From positions 18,995 to 82,994 of the IMG/VR virus record IMGVR_UViG_3300028567_000401: DNA of 64,000 nt; one strand, 5' to 3'. The notes beneath the pieces were generated by a model. It saw only the letters and a list, made by a program, of their open reading frames with translations, had not been told where the DNA came from and searched no databases. This document shows, piece by piece, positions 19,477-28,856 of this stretch (position 1 is its first letter; every line of letters begins with the position of its first letter). The position numbers and the translations under genes were made by a program. The stretch is from a virus. Its lineage: Duplodnaviria > Caudoviricetes.

Positions 19477-22400
19477 TACCTAGCAAAATTTAATGTCATT
19501 ATTGGATTATACATACTTGTTCTTTTTGTCTTTATTAAATCTTGAATTTCATCAGAATCTGTAATAGTATATTCATTTACTTGAAATTGAATACTATTAT
19601 TATTTGATTTTGATGGATAGTGGTTTATACTAAAATTTTTATTTGACGGTGATGACGCTAAAAACGCATCTAATCGTTTGTCCATATTTTTTATCACTTT
19701 ATCACTAAAAATATCTTTTTTTGAATTTCTAAACAAATTCAATATTTTTTCTTTATCAGTTCTTAAAAGAACAGATAAAAACTGTGATAAATCATCAGTT
19801 GACATTGTAGACGAAAAGAAATTATATGTATTATCTAAATCATTATAAAATTTTGGCTGATTTGTTTTAATAAAAGATATTAAATCTCCATATACAAATA
19901 ATTTATCTTTAGAATAACCAGATAAATTACATCCAATATACTCTTGAGTTTTTGATATTATTTTTCCATCATGACCATATTGCATTACATAATTTAATTT
20001 ATCAAAATCCTCAATGACTTTATTTCTTTTCTGTTCAATATTATTCATATATGCTGTCTCAGTTGTAATATTATTAATTTTTTCTTCAATCATTTTTTTA
20101 ATATTAGGTTTCAAAATCTCCTCACAATTAACCGCAACATTTGTCGGCATATCTTTATTTAATTTCATTAAAGTTGTAATATTTTCAGACATTATTTTAT
20201 TCGAAATTACATCTTTAAATTGTTGTGATATTGGGCCAATTTCAATATTTTTCTCGTAATTACCTAATAATTCTATAGTATCTATTCCTGATGGCGTTTG
20301 AACTATGTATTCATTTATTGATCTATAATCAGGATGTAAAATTATACTTGACAATTTATGACCATATAACATTATAGTTGAATTATATGCAGATATTAAA
20401 CTTTCAAAATAATTTGCAGTATCAGAATAAAGTTTATCTATTATTGGATGATATTGAATCATATATGTATCTCCAGTCATTTCAAGTTGTCCGCCATATA
20501 TTTCTTCTTCATATTTATTATCAGCTGTTACACTATCAGAATAATTCGGCTTAACCGAATTTTTTGTTCTATTACTTAAGTTTTCTAAAAATTCTTTTGA
20601 AAATGTTTTTTCATAAAATTTACTTCTATCTTCTGTTGATGTTGATCTTGGATCATATACTTCAGTATTTGCATAAAAATTAGATGAAAGAGCATTTTGT
20701 AATCTTTCAACAGGTCTTTCTAACCCTTGACCGCCGATAAAAGTAATATCCAACTGTACGTCAGCAATCATAGGTTGAACTCCAATTCCTTCAGGATTCA
20801 AATCCCAGATACTATTATCATATGTTATATTAACATTTCTAATAATAACTTTCGAATGATAAAAATCGCCTATTCTTAATACACATATTGGCGGTGGCCC
20901 AAATGTTGTATTCCTAGCATTCATATCACTTCTATCAGATGATCCTTTAATTGGTAATGTATCACCCGGTCTAACACATTGATTCAAAAATGTTAGTCTC
21001 GCATTTAATCCTTCAGGTGTCATTGAATGAAATGATGGATGAAAATATTTTAATTTTTCTTTTAAAGATGAAAATTGTAATGGTGAATCTTCTTCAAGTT
21101 GTCTAAAATAATAACATTCTGTTAATGTTTTCATTATAATTTCTTTCATCTTATCAATTGATGGAGTAATTTTATTTACTGTTGGTGAATCATCGTTAAT
21201 TTCAACTAAATTTCGTACATTTGGTGACGATTCTTCATCTTTCACTACATCTTCCGTATCTGTTTCAGCATCGGTTAATTCATATTTTACACCTATTTGT
21301 GTTTTTCTACAATAAAATGTTGTAGGTGCTACACCATTAAAAATATTTACTATTCTTCCATTCCTAGATAATCTCGTTTGATACGCTACCTTATCTGAGC
21401 ACGACATATTTGTTATATCAATACTTTTCTTAGGCTCAAAAGTCTCACCAACATTTTTCACAGATATGGATAAATTTCCATCTTGCGGATATCCTAAATT
21501 TCTCAATGGAATTATGATAGGTGGTTCATCTGCACTCTCATCTGAATTTGTAATAGGTACTTTCCATTTAAGAAATGTATTAACAACATCATTATATTGA
21601 CTAAGATCTCCACTAAAATAATTAGGAATAATTGCTTCAGGATCTTGATTATAATTTTTACATAATCTAAAAATTAAATCAATTAAAACACTGTAGGTTC
21701 TACGATAAGATAATTTTAAATTATTATTAGCCGAATCTGGCGAGCTCGTACTTGATCCCATACGAATAATAATATTTTTTACTTTTCCCTTATCTAAATT
21801 ATCTTTTAATTTTGAAATACCCTTTAAATATTTTTGATATTCAGATTCTAATGCGTCAAAACCATTTCTAAGCTGCGTCGACGTTGATATTTTAAGTATA
21901 TCAAAATCATCATTACTTGGTTTTTTAATTGAATTAACACCACTTAAAAGCAGATAATCATTTATATGTGAATCGTCCCATGTTGTTGAATTTTTTAATA
22001 ATGTCTCTATTCCATAAGATAATTCATTTATTTGTTCTTCTTTAGAATTAATATGTGTTTCATATTGTTTACCATATGGTTGATTAGTAATTAATGGATT
22101 ACCAAATTCAATTTCAGGTGTGTCATTTTTAAAATATAAATTAGCCATAAATGCCGGATCTTCTACCTTATTTTTTGGCTTTGGTGTACTTTTAACTGAT
22201 TCCACTAAATATAATTTATTCTGAGCTATAGGTTGAGGTTCTCCATTACCATTTAAATAAGCCATAACAGCCTTAACCTCATCGGGTGATAACGTTACAT
22301 ATTTTCTTACCAAACTATAAAAGTCAATATCTTCACAACCAGCAAAAAATGCATTAATGTAATTATCGGCTTCTTGATCAGATATACCTTCAAAATGTTT

Positions 22401-24365
22401 TCGAACAAGAAGATTTAAAATACTTGGATGATCAACAATAACTTTAAATGATACTTGTCCTGTCCTAGTAGTGTTAGTATATGTAAATACGGGCTCAGGT
22501 CTACCTAAAAAATCATTGTCTTTCCATGAAGCATTATTTTGTTCAGATATTTTTAAATCATATGGAGGAAACCACATTATTCTACCACCGTTTGGTCCTC
22601 TTTCACAAACAGGTAAATCCGTATATGTAAAACCAGGTATATTAGATGTTTTCCACGCTAAATTTTCAATTGAAAACATATATTTTTTAGCAAACCATCC
22701 TTGACCGCTTGAAGACATATTTGATGAGCTTGTTCCAAATTCTCCCCTTGCATTTGAATTTGGATATATGTTTAAATTCCATGGTTTTGTTAAAACACTA
22801 CTTTCAAATTTACGATAATTACCTGATTTTTTCATAGTATCAGAATAATTTATATAAGATCTATCTTTTGTCCATACTCTACAATATTCTATACCATTTT
22901 CTTGTTTAGTATATTTATCAAAATATTTAATAGATGAACCTCTAGATAATATAACATCACCTTCTCGAAAAATTCTACTAGTCTGATCTATAACATTAGC
23001 AACATGTGAACGAGCAGCACCGCCATCATCTGGCATTGATTCAAGAATTTCCTGAGTTTTTCCTAAAATTGATTTATCTTCAAAATTATAATTTGTTGAT
23101 ACTGATTCTATATATTGTCCTTGACTTTGTGTTCGTTTATAACTTGTAGTATATCTTCCTTTATCTGATTCCAATCCAACCAATGTTTGTGATCCCGGTA
23201 ATGGATTTTTAGACTTTGTGCTTATCCATGTTAATTTACCAGCAACTCCACCACCATCAATTATATTTTTTTGTCTTTGAAATAAAGTTGCTTGTATTGG
23301 ATCAAACATTTGAACTAAATAATAATTGCTTCGTACTGGCCTGTCATTAAAATCATTCATTGCATAATAAACATCCTCGCCTCTATCATCACCAATATAA
23401 GCAACACTATTTGGAGCTTCAATACCTAATATATTCTTAACACTCTGTGCTGTTTGATCAATAAAATTAAATATTTTTGATGTATTTTGTGATCTTGCTG
23501 TTGTTGTATAATTCGGAGCATATTTTGAATATGACAAGTTGTCAAACAAAAATGATCTTTGTCTTTGTCCCATATATTCAATAAACAAATCAGATGGTTT
23601 TTGCGTTCTTGATCGTCTTCTAATTCCTATTAATGAGCCTAATGCACCAGTAGTATCCTGAACAGTCTTTTTAAATTCACTTATAGTTTTTTCTTCAGAT
23701 TGTTTAGTAATTATAGGATTACGTGGGTTTGATAAATAATCGCCCGGTATTTCTACCCATGGAAATTCTACTCCGGTAATTGTTTGTAAAAAATCAATGC
23801 CTTTACCGGGTAATGTAGATGCAACAGTAATTTTGGTATTAGTTTCTATTAATGGTTCTCTACCTGTTAATATATTAATTGCCGTTGTTGTATTTCCACC
23901 CAATGCATCTACTAATCTCAATCTACCTACAGTAGACGAAATTAAATTTTGTGTTACTCTAGCAAAAAAAGGTCCCTGTGGATTAGTATTTATATTCCAC
24001 GCAGCAAACTTCATTAATTCAGATTCGTCATCATATTCTTTAGAACTCATTATACCAATTAAATTATGAATTCTACCCACAAAATACGGATAAAGATTTA
24101 AATTTGCTCTTCTTGTGAATACATTTAAATTTTCATTTATAAAATACTCTGTTGGTTTAAAAGTATTTACATTTTGTGATTGTGTTAATTCAAATTCTCT
24201 GGTGTCTTCAACAGTTCCAGGATCTATATTTGGAAATACATTTAAATTATGAACACTATAATTAGACGCATTAAATGTTTGAGGTCCATTTGGAACTGTT
24301 AAAGTTTTTGATATAACAAAATCTCTAAAACGTTTACTTGCATTAAAATCTACATAACTTGGCAT
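19476..24365 (-). CDS. Giant baseplate/tube-initiator protein with an OmpA-like domain, 1629 aa
   Basis: Tube-initiator-like segments (WFPPYDLKISE...FLGRPEPVFTY; PPICVLRIGDFYHSKVIIRNVNITYD) and OmpA-like LYFKND...NLKLSYRRTYSV. Confidence 0.6.
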   Translation of the reverse strand: MPSYVDFNASKRFRDFVISKTLTVPNGPQTFNASNYSVHNLNVFPNIDPGTVEDTREFELTQSQNVNTFKPTEYFINENLNVFTRRANLNLYPYFVGRIHNLIGIMSSKEYDDESELMKFAAWNINTNPQGPFFARVTQNLISSTVGRLRLVDALGGNTTTAINILTGREPLIETNTKITVASTLPGKGIDFLQTITGVEFPWVEIPGDYLSNPRNPIITKQSEEKTISEFKKTVQDTTGALGSLIGIRRRSRTQKPSDLFIEYMGQRQRSFLFDNLSYSKYAPNYTTTARSQNTSKIFNFIDQTAQSVKNILGIEAPNSVAYIGDDRGEDVYYAMNDFNDRPVRSNYYLVQMFDPIQATLFQRQKNIIDGGGVAGKLTWISTKSKNPLPGSQTLVGLESDKGRYTTSYKRTQSQGQYIESVSTNYNFEDKSILGKTQEILESMPDDGGAARSHVANVIDQTSRIFREGDVILSRGSSIKYFDKYTKQENGIEYCRVWTKDRSYINYSDTMKKSGNYRKFESSVLTKPWNLNIYPNSNARGEFGTSSSNMSSSGQGWFAKKYMFSIENLAWKTSNIPGFTYTDLPVCERGPNGGRIMWFPPYDLKISEQNNASWKDNDFLGRPEPVFTYTNTTRTGQVSFKVIVDHPSILNLLVRKHFEGISDQEADNYINAFFAGCEDIDFYSLVRKYVTLSPDEVKAVMAYLNGNGEPQPIAQNKLYLVESVKSTPKPKNKVEDPAFMANLYFKNDTPEIEFGNPLITNQPYGKQYETHINSKEEQINELSYGIETLLKNSTTWDDSHINDYLLLSGVNSIKKPSNDDFDILKISTSTQLRNGFDALESEYQKYLKGISKLKDNLDKGKVKNIIIRMGSSTSSPDSANNNLKLSYRRTYSVLIDLIFRLCKNYNQDPEAIIPNYFSGDLSQYNDVVNTFLKWKVPITNSDESADEPPIIIPLRNLGYPQDGNLSISVKNVGETFEPKKSIDITNMSCSDKVAYQTRLSRNGRIVNIFNGVAPTTFYCRKTQIGVKYELTDAETDTEDVVKDEESSPNVRNLVEINDDSPTVNKITPSIDKMKEIIMKTLTECYYFRQLEEDSPLQFSSLKEKLKYFHPSFHSMTPEGLNARLTFLNQCVRPGDTLPIKGSSDRSDMNARNTTFGPPPICVLRIGDFYHSKVIIRNVNITYDNSIWDLNPEGIGVQPMIADVQLDITFIGGQGLERPVERLQNALSSNFYANTEVYDPRSTSTEDRSKFYEKTFSKEFLENLSNRTKNSVKPNYSDSVTADNKYEEEIYGGQLEMTGDTYMIQYHPIIDKLYSDTANYFESLISAYNSTIMLYGHKLSSIILHPDYRSINEYIVQTPSGIDTIELLGNYEKNIEIGPISQQFKDVISNKIMSENITTLMKLNKDMPTNVAVNCEEILKPNIKKMIEEKINNITTETAYMNNIEQKRNKVIEDFDKLNYVMQYGHDGKIISKTQEYIGCNLSGYSKDKLFVYGDLISFIKTNQPKFYNDLDNTYNFFSSTMSTDDLSQFLSVLLRTDKEKILNLFRNSKKDIFSDKVIKNMDKRLDAFLASSPSNKNFSINHYPSKSNNNSIQFQVNEYTITDSDEIQDLIKTKRTSMYNPIMTLNFAR

Positions 24366-24408
24366 TATATTGTTTTAATAATAAATACAAGCCACTTAAA
24401 AATCTATA

Positions 24409-26397
24409 TTAATTTGAATTTGGATTTAAAAAACTATTTGCCCATTCCTCAGCAAATCTTTTATCTGCCATGAATATTTGTGCAATTTTATCTGTAGTAG
24501 AATCCATAGGATTTATGTTAACATTATGTGTAACAATTATCCTTTGTTCTGGTAATGTTTGTGGTGAATTTAAAGATTCATTTCTTCTTGCTGCAACTTC
24601 TAAATTTCTTGCTTCTGTTTCTATATTTGCAGCTTGTTTTGTTTTATTAGAATTTATAATATCGTTTGTTAAATCTCGAATATTATTAACAAAAGAACCA
24701 CCAAAACTATTTTTAATATTTATAAGCCCATCCCAATCTCTTATAGCATTTTGCATAAATTTATCCATTTTATCAATACCAGCAGAGCCTAAATCAGCAA
24801 TAGCATCAGATAGATTACCTATAAATTCACTATCTAACCCTAACGCTTTTTCAATTAAATCTGATGCATTTTTTCCTATTGATACCCTTAACGCTCCTCG
24901 AATAAATGAAACGTCTCTTTCAACATTTTCAAGTGCCATAACTTGTCGTCTAGCAACATCTTCAGGTCTCATCTCTTCAAGTAATTGCCTCTGTTTAATA
25001 AGGGTTTCAATATTTTGTTCACTTAAATCTGATAAAGCAATAGATGTTTCTGTTGGTAACATTTGTAATTGTTGTCTCAAATCTACCGGAATATCAATAA
25101 TCATTTGGCCACCTTCCATTCGAGCTAGATTGATTATAAATTCTCTATCTTTTTCATTTATATTCAATCCTTTTCCTGCCATATCCATTGCTGCCTGTTG
25201 CCTTTCCATAGATGCTATAGCACTTCTAGCTAATTCATTATATTCCATACCTAATATTCTAGCAGCTTCTTTAGCTCTTCTAAGATTAACACCGGTTATT
25301 TCAAATCTTCCCTGTTCATTATTAAATGTTGCAAAAGCTTTTGTAGATTCAATTAAGGCATCTTGTAATCCTTCAAGATCGTTAGTTGCCATATACATTA
25401 ATTTTAATGGATCATTTAATGCTCCAACAGCTCCTCCAATTACTTGTAAATTTGCAACTAATTCTAATGCTTTATCTGGTTCCCATACTTGTTCAGCGAG
25501 TTTAAATACTTCAGACATATTAGTTCTAAATTCTATGGACTTTTGGGCCATTCTTTCTAATGATAAAATACCATTTCTAAAACCATACGCATTTATATTT
25601 CTTAAATTTTCATCTACTATTTTAAGTGTTTCCCTAGCATTTAATCCTATCGATTGTGATCTAATTTGTGAATTCTGAACATAAGTTGACATATCTCGAA
25701 GACCTAGACCTATAAATTCAAAATTTCTACCCATATCGCTAAGTCTTTCCATGCCTCCAATAAATTTACTGGCAAGCGCCATCTCTTTTAATGTATCATC
25801 ATTAATTAATTTAAATTTTCCTGAGTTTGATACTAAATTACCAACACTTTCAGCTAATTCGTTAAATCCTATACCAAGTTTTATAGCCCATGGCGAAGCA
25901 TTCATTATTTCTGTTCTAAATGCTTCAGCCAATTCTCCTGTCATTGCTGATTTTACATTTATTTCATTATAAAGTTTATTTATGTTGGTTAAATATAAAA
26001 TAACTTCATTTTGAACTAGTCCTTTAATTGTATTTAATGTTTGTAATGGTTGTTTAAATACATGAAATAAAGATTCGATTCCTTCTCTAGTTTTTTCAAG
26101 AGTACCAAACTCATCTAATTTTGCGGTTCTAAAATCGTATTGAGCTTCCATAACTCGGCCTAAAAATGTTTGACCACCCATCCGACTACCTCTCACAACA
26201 TCACTATAATATGTTCTTTCTTGTTCCGCGGCCTTTAATAAGTCATAATCTTTACTAGCCTGCGCAAACGCATCATCATAGTCATTTCCGCCAGTATTAT
26301 TAAATCCCAAATCTGAAAGGCGTTGAAGTATAAAATCTATTTTTTTACCTTCTCTAGATCTTATAATCGCCATTGCCGCTTCACTAAATAATGCCAT
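24409..26397 (-). CDS. Tape measure protein
   Basis: Helical, Ala/Leu-rich 662 aa; canonical position after tube and chaperone genes, before the baseplate. Confidence 0.7.
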   Translation of the reverse strand: MALFSEAAMAIIRSREGKKIDFILQRLSDLGFNNTGGNDYDDAFAQASKDYDLLKAAEQERTYYSDVVRGSRMGGQTFLGRVMEAQYDFRTAKLDEFGTLEKTREGIESLFHVFKQPLQTLNTIKGLVQNEVILYLTNINKLYNEINVKSAMTGELAEAFRTEIMNASPWAIKLGIGFNELAESVGNLVSNSGKFKLINDDTLKEMALASKFIGGMERLSDMGRNFEFIGLGLRDMSTYVQNSQIRSQSIGLNARETLKIVDENLRNINAYGFRNGILSLERMAQKSIEFRTNMSEVFKLAEQVWEPDKALELVANLQVIGGAVGALNDPLKLMYMATNDLEGLQDALIESTKAFATFNNEQGRFEITGVNLRRAKEAARILGMEYNELARSAIASMERQQAAMDMAGKGLNINEKDREFIINLARMEGGQMIIDIPVDLRQQLQMLPTETSIALSDLSEQNIETLIKQRQLLEEMRPEDVARRQVMALENVERDVSFIRGALRVSIGKNASDLIEKALGLDSEFIGNLSDAIADLGSAGIDKMDKFMQNAIRDWDGLINIKNSFGGSFVNNIRDLTNDIINSNKTKQAANIETEARNLEVAARRNESLNSPQTLPEQRIIVTHNVNINPMDSTTDKIAQIFMADKRFAEEWANSFLNPNSN

Positions 26398-26418
26398 ATT
26401 ATATAAATAGATATATTA

Positions 26419-26601
26419 TTATTTTTTATTATTTTCTTGTTCCAATATATATGTAATATAATATTTTCTTATATAAATAGGCATAGACAAAATATCGCCA
26501 TATGAAAATCCGCGATTAATTAAAAACAAAATCTCTTTTAATTGACCTTCTTTATACTCCGTAGAAAGGACGAAAAAATTCAACCCCAAATCCAATTTCA
26601 A
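26419..26601 (-). CDS. Tail assembly chaperone C-terminal extension, probably expressed by frameshift
   Basis: No ATG start; overlaps the chaperone 3' end in the +1 frame; GFSYGDILSMPIYIRKYYI resembles gpT/gpE'-type extensions. Confidence 0.7.
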   Translation of the reverse strand: MKLDLGLNFFVLSTEYKEGQLKEILFLINRGFSYGDILSMPIYIRKYYITYILEQENNKK

Positions 26602-27307
26602 CTTGGATTTCTTCTCCTGATGGGGTCATTATTTTTTGTGTTAAATCAATTCCAGGTTTATTTTCTATAACATATTTTCGAAAATTTTGTGAATCTACGA
26701 TTGGCATTTCATGTTCCACAAAATTGTATATTTCCATTGGATCTCTATTACCATTAATTGATTTAATTAACATTTCAAGTCTTTTTGTAACAATAGGCGC
26801 TGTTCCAATTCCATTCCAACTATCTCTAATTTTAAGAAGTTCCTCTTCTTGTTTTTGAGTTAAAAAATTAAATGTTATATTAATTTGACTTTTCTTTAAA
26901 AAATATGGATACTCACCATTATTATCAGCGACTAATTTAAAATCTTTTATTTTAAGACGAGATAAATCAACCACAGCATTAAATTTTTCATTTGTTCTAG
27001 GATCAGTTAATGTTAAATTATATTCAGAACCAAAAGCGGTATTCCTTAAAAAAATTAATATCGCTTGTTTATCTTCTTCTAATATATCTTCAACTTTTAA
27101 ATCTTTATCTAGAATTTTTCTTTTTAAAATTTCTTCAATAATTTTACCATTTGTTGTTATATTTGGCGATGCTAAAATGTTTTCATCAGCTGCCGTTAAA
27201 TATGCAACTCTAAGAGAACTTTTTTTATTAGGATACATAATGCCTCTAGTGGGTAACTCAACTACATCATATGCAATTGTTGAATTAATTTTAAATTCTT
27301 CTAACAT
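26552..27307 (-). CDS. Tail assembly chaperone / gp26-like hub assembly protein
   Basis: VELPTRGIMYP...LTAADENIL...ILIFLRNTAFGSEY; lies between tube and tape measure genes. Confidence 0.75.
   Translation of the reverse strand: MLEEFKINSTIAYDVVELPTRGIMYPNKKSSLRVAYLTAADENILASPNITTNGKIIEEILKRKILDKDLKVEDILEEDKQAILIFLRNTAFGSEYNLTLTDPRTNEKFNAVVDLSRLKIKDFKLVADNNGEYPYFLKKSQINITFNFLTQKQEEELLKIRDSWNGIGTAPIVTKRLEMLIKSINGNRDPMEIYNFVEHEMPIVDSQNFRKYVIENKPGIDLTQKIMTPSGEEIQVEIGFGVEFFRPFYGV
26569..26581 (-). promoter_or_regulatory. Candidate +1 programmed ribosomal frameshift site GAA_UUU_UUU_CGU_C
   Basis: UUU_CGU_C six codons before the chaperone stop; a +1 slip enters the downstream ORF. Confidence 0.6.
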
Positions 27308-27377
27308 GTCTTTTTATTTTAGGATGACAAAATTATTTTAAAATATTTTTTTATAAATCCTTAATATTTAATAAATA

Positions 27378-27866
27378 TTAATATAGCTGAATACAACGAT
27401 CCATTCGTAATGTTACATCAATTGTCGCTAAATCATCTCTTGAATAATCTAAGTCTCCAAAATTAAGCCCTGTCATAAATGTACCTTGTAAAAGCCATTT
27501 TTCAACCACAACGCCAGTCGGATCTAACATTTCAAGTTCAACATCTTTTTTATATCCAGCGGCATATCCCATTCTTCCTGTAACAGATTCGGCATGTAAA
27601 CGCATCCATTCCATAAGTGCTTGTGATGCTGATGGGCCGATAGGATCTTTAAATTGAACTCTTAATTCTTCCCAAACAAATCGACCAGCAACATATGTTG
27701 ATGTATTTAAAAATGGAATTTCAGTAGAACCAATTTTAGCAATTGGCCTCGATGCTGAATAAACATACCATTCATTTATACCTAATGTTGATGGAAATCT
27801 TAAAAGAAATCTATTTTTTCGTTTTGGCTCGTAAGGTACGGGCATTTTCATTAATAAATCTGCCAT
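27378..27866 (-). CDS. Tail tube protein (T4 gp19-like)
   Basis: YEPKRKNRF, GRFVWEELRVQFKDPI, GYKKDVELEMLDPTG..VEKWLLQG. Confidence 0.92.
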   Translation of the reverse strand: MADLLMKMPVPYEPKRKNRFLLRFPSTLGINEWYVYSASRPIAKIGSTEIPFLNTSTYVAGRFVWEELRVQFKDPIGPSASQALMEWMRLHAESVTGRMGYAAGYKKDVELEMLDPTGVVVEKWLLQGTFMTGLNFGDLDYSRDDLATIDVTLRMDRCIQLY

Positions 27867-28070
27867 GTCATATTTATATTTAATTCATTTATTACTTTCT
27901 TATAAATATATCAAAATTAAAAAAATATTTTTTTTTAAATTTTCGTGAAAAATTACCAGTAAATATTGACCCAATAATTAATATTTCAATAAATACTAGT
28001 TGTTAAAAAAAAATATTATATTATATTGACTTTTTCATTTTTTTATTATATTTTGGTACACAGTACCGGC

Positions 28071-28179
28071 CCAGAAATATTGGACCAGAAATATTGGACC
28101 AGAAATATTGGACCAGAAATATTGGACCAGAAATATTGGACCAGAAATATTGGACCAGAAATATTGGACCAGAAATATT
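28071..28179. repeat. Perfect tandem array of the 14-nt unit CCAGAAATATTGGA (7 full copies + 1 partial)
   Basis: Read directly from the sequence; no spacers. Confidence 0.97.
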
Positions 28180-28195
28180 ATAAATAAAGCAAAAT

Positions 28196-28375
28196 ACTAG
28201 AATAAAAGATACTAGAATAAAAGATAATAGAATAAAAAATACTAGAATAAAAGATACTAGAACAAAAGATAATAGAATAAAAAATACTAGAATAAAAAAT
28301 ACTAGAATAAAAGATACTATAATAAAAGATAATAGAATAAAAAATACTAGAATAAAAGATACTAGAATAAAAAAT
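28196..28375. repeat. Tandem array of 12 x 15-nt units A(C/A)TAGAATAAAA(G/A)AT
   Basis: 12 consecutive units with two variable positions and two point variants. Confidence 0.97.
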
Positions 28376-28377
28376 AG

Positions 28378-28482
28378 TTATATAGAAAAATGTTTTTCTA
28401 ATCCATTCTCATCGCTTCACAGACATTTACCATAAGTGGTTTTACTATGTCTCCACGACTGTTATTCAGGGCATTAACTCCC
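28378..28482 (-). ncRNA. TnpB omegaRNA/reRNA-like scaffold at the IS right end
   Basis: GUCGUGGAGACAU...ACCA-CUUA-UGGU...AUGUCUGUGAAGCGAU. AGACAU/AUGUCU and ACCA/UGGU form stems; GUCGU/GCGAU can pair; a terminal UAGAAAAA/UUUUUCUA hairpin follows. Confidence 0.5.
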
Positions 28483-28821
28483 AAAGCGGGTAATCCTATC
28501 CTTATGCTCAACGAGTATCTTAGCTATATTTTCGTCTGACAAAAGTTGAATCATCTTCTTTCTTTCGTCATTAAGCCCGCTACCACATTCTTCCACTACT
28601 TTTGACACAATCCACCCATTAGCAGAACAAAACTCCTGAACTCTTTTCGACTGTGAGATTAAATTCGACCTATTTTCAGATGACGATACTCTCGCATATA
28701 CAGCTACAACTTCTTTTTTTTGCGGTGTATCATCTGGAACAATTATAGTACCACTATTGAACATATTCCATGCAGTCCTATATGTAACTCCTAATTATTT
28801 TGTGTATTTACTTAATTTCAT
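28474..28821 (-). pseudogene. tnpA: IS607 TnpA serine recombinase pseudogene
   Basis: MKLSKYTK*LGVTYRTAW (in-frame TAA at 28795-28797), VYARVSS, EECGSGLNDERK, VEHKDRITRFG, then truncated. Confidence 0.9.
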
Positions 28822-28825
28822 AATG

Positions 28826-28856
28826 CAAAGATAGTATATTTTTCTATATAAGCAAA
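28826..28856 (-). promoter_or_regulatory. Bacteroidota consensus promoter TTTG-N19-TATCTTTG for tnpA (near-leaderless)
   Basis: Exact -33/-7 consensus; ATG 4 nt after the -7 box. Confidence 0.75.

Larger units (their letters stand above)
28378..28856 (-). mobile_element. Internally deleted IS607-family element (tnpA remnant fused to the right end; tnpB absent)
   Basis: Serine-recombinase tnpA remnant; perfect 14-nt inverted repeat TTATATAGAAAAAT at 28378-28391 and 28838-28851; TnpB omegaRNA-like right end. Exact ends uncertain. Confidence 0.85.

Noticed and set aside
24470-25678. 402-aa + strand ORF
   Set aside because: Fully antisense to the tape measure gene, with Ser/Ile/Leu/Phe-rich shadow composition and no motifs
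28071-28375. Tandem arrays as a CRISPR array
   Set aside because: Units are contiguous with no unique spacers, are too short, and no cas genes are present
28795-28797. In-frame TAA codons (here and near 60295) as evidence of stop-codon reassignment
   Set aside because: All conserved core genes read intact in the standard code and mostly end in TAA; both cases lie in otherwise decayed genes
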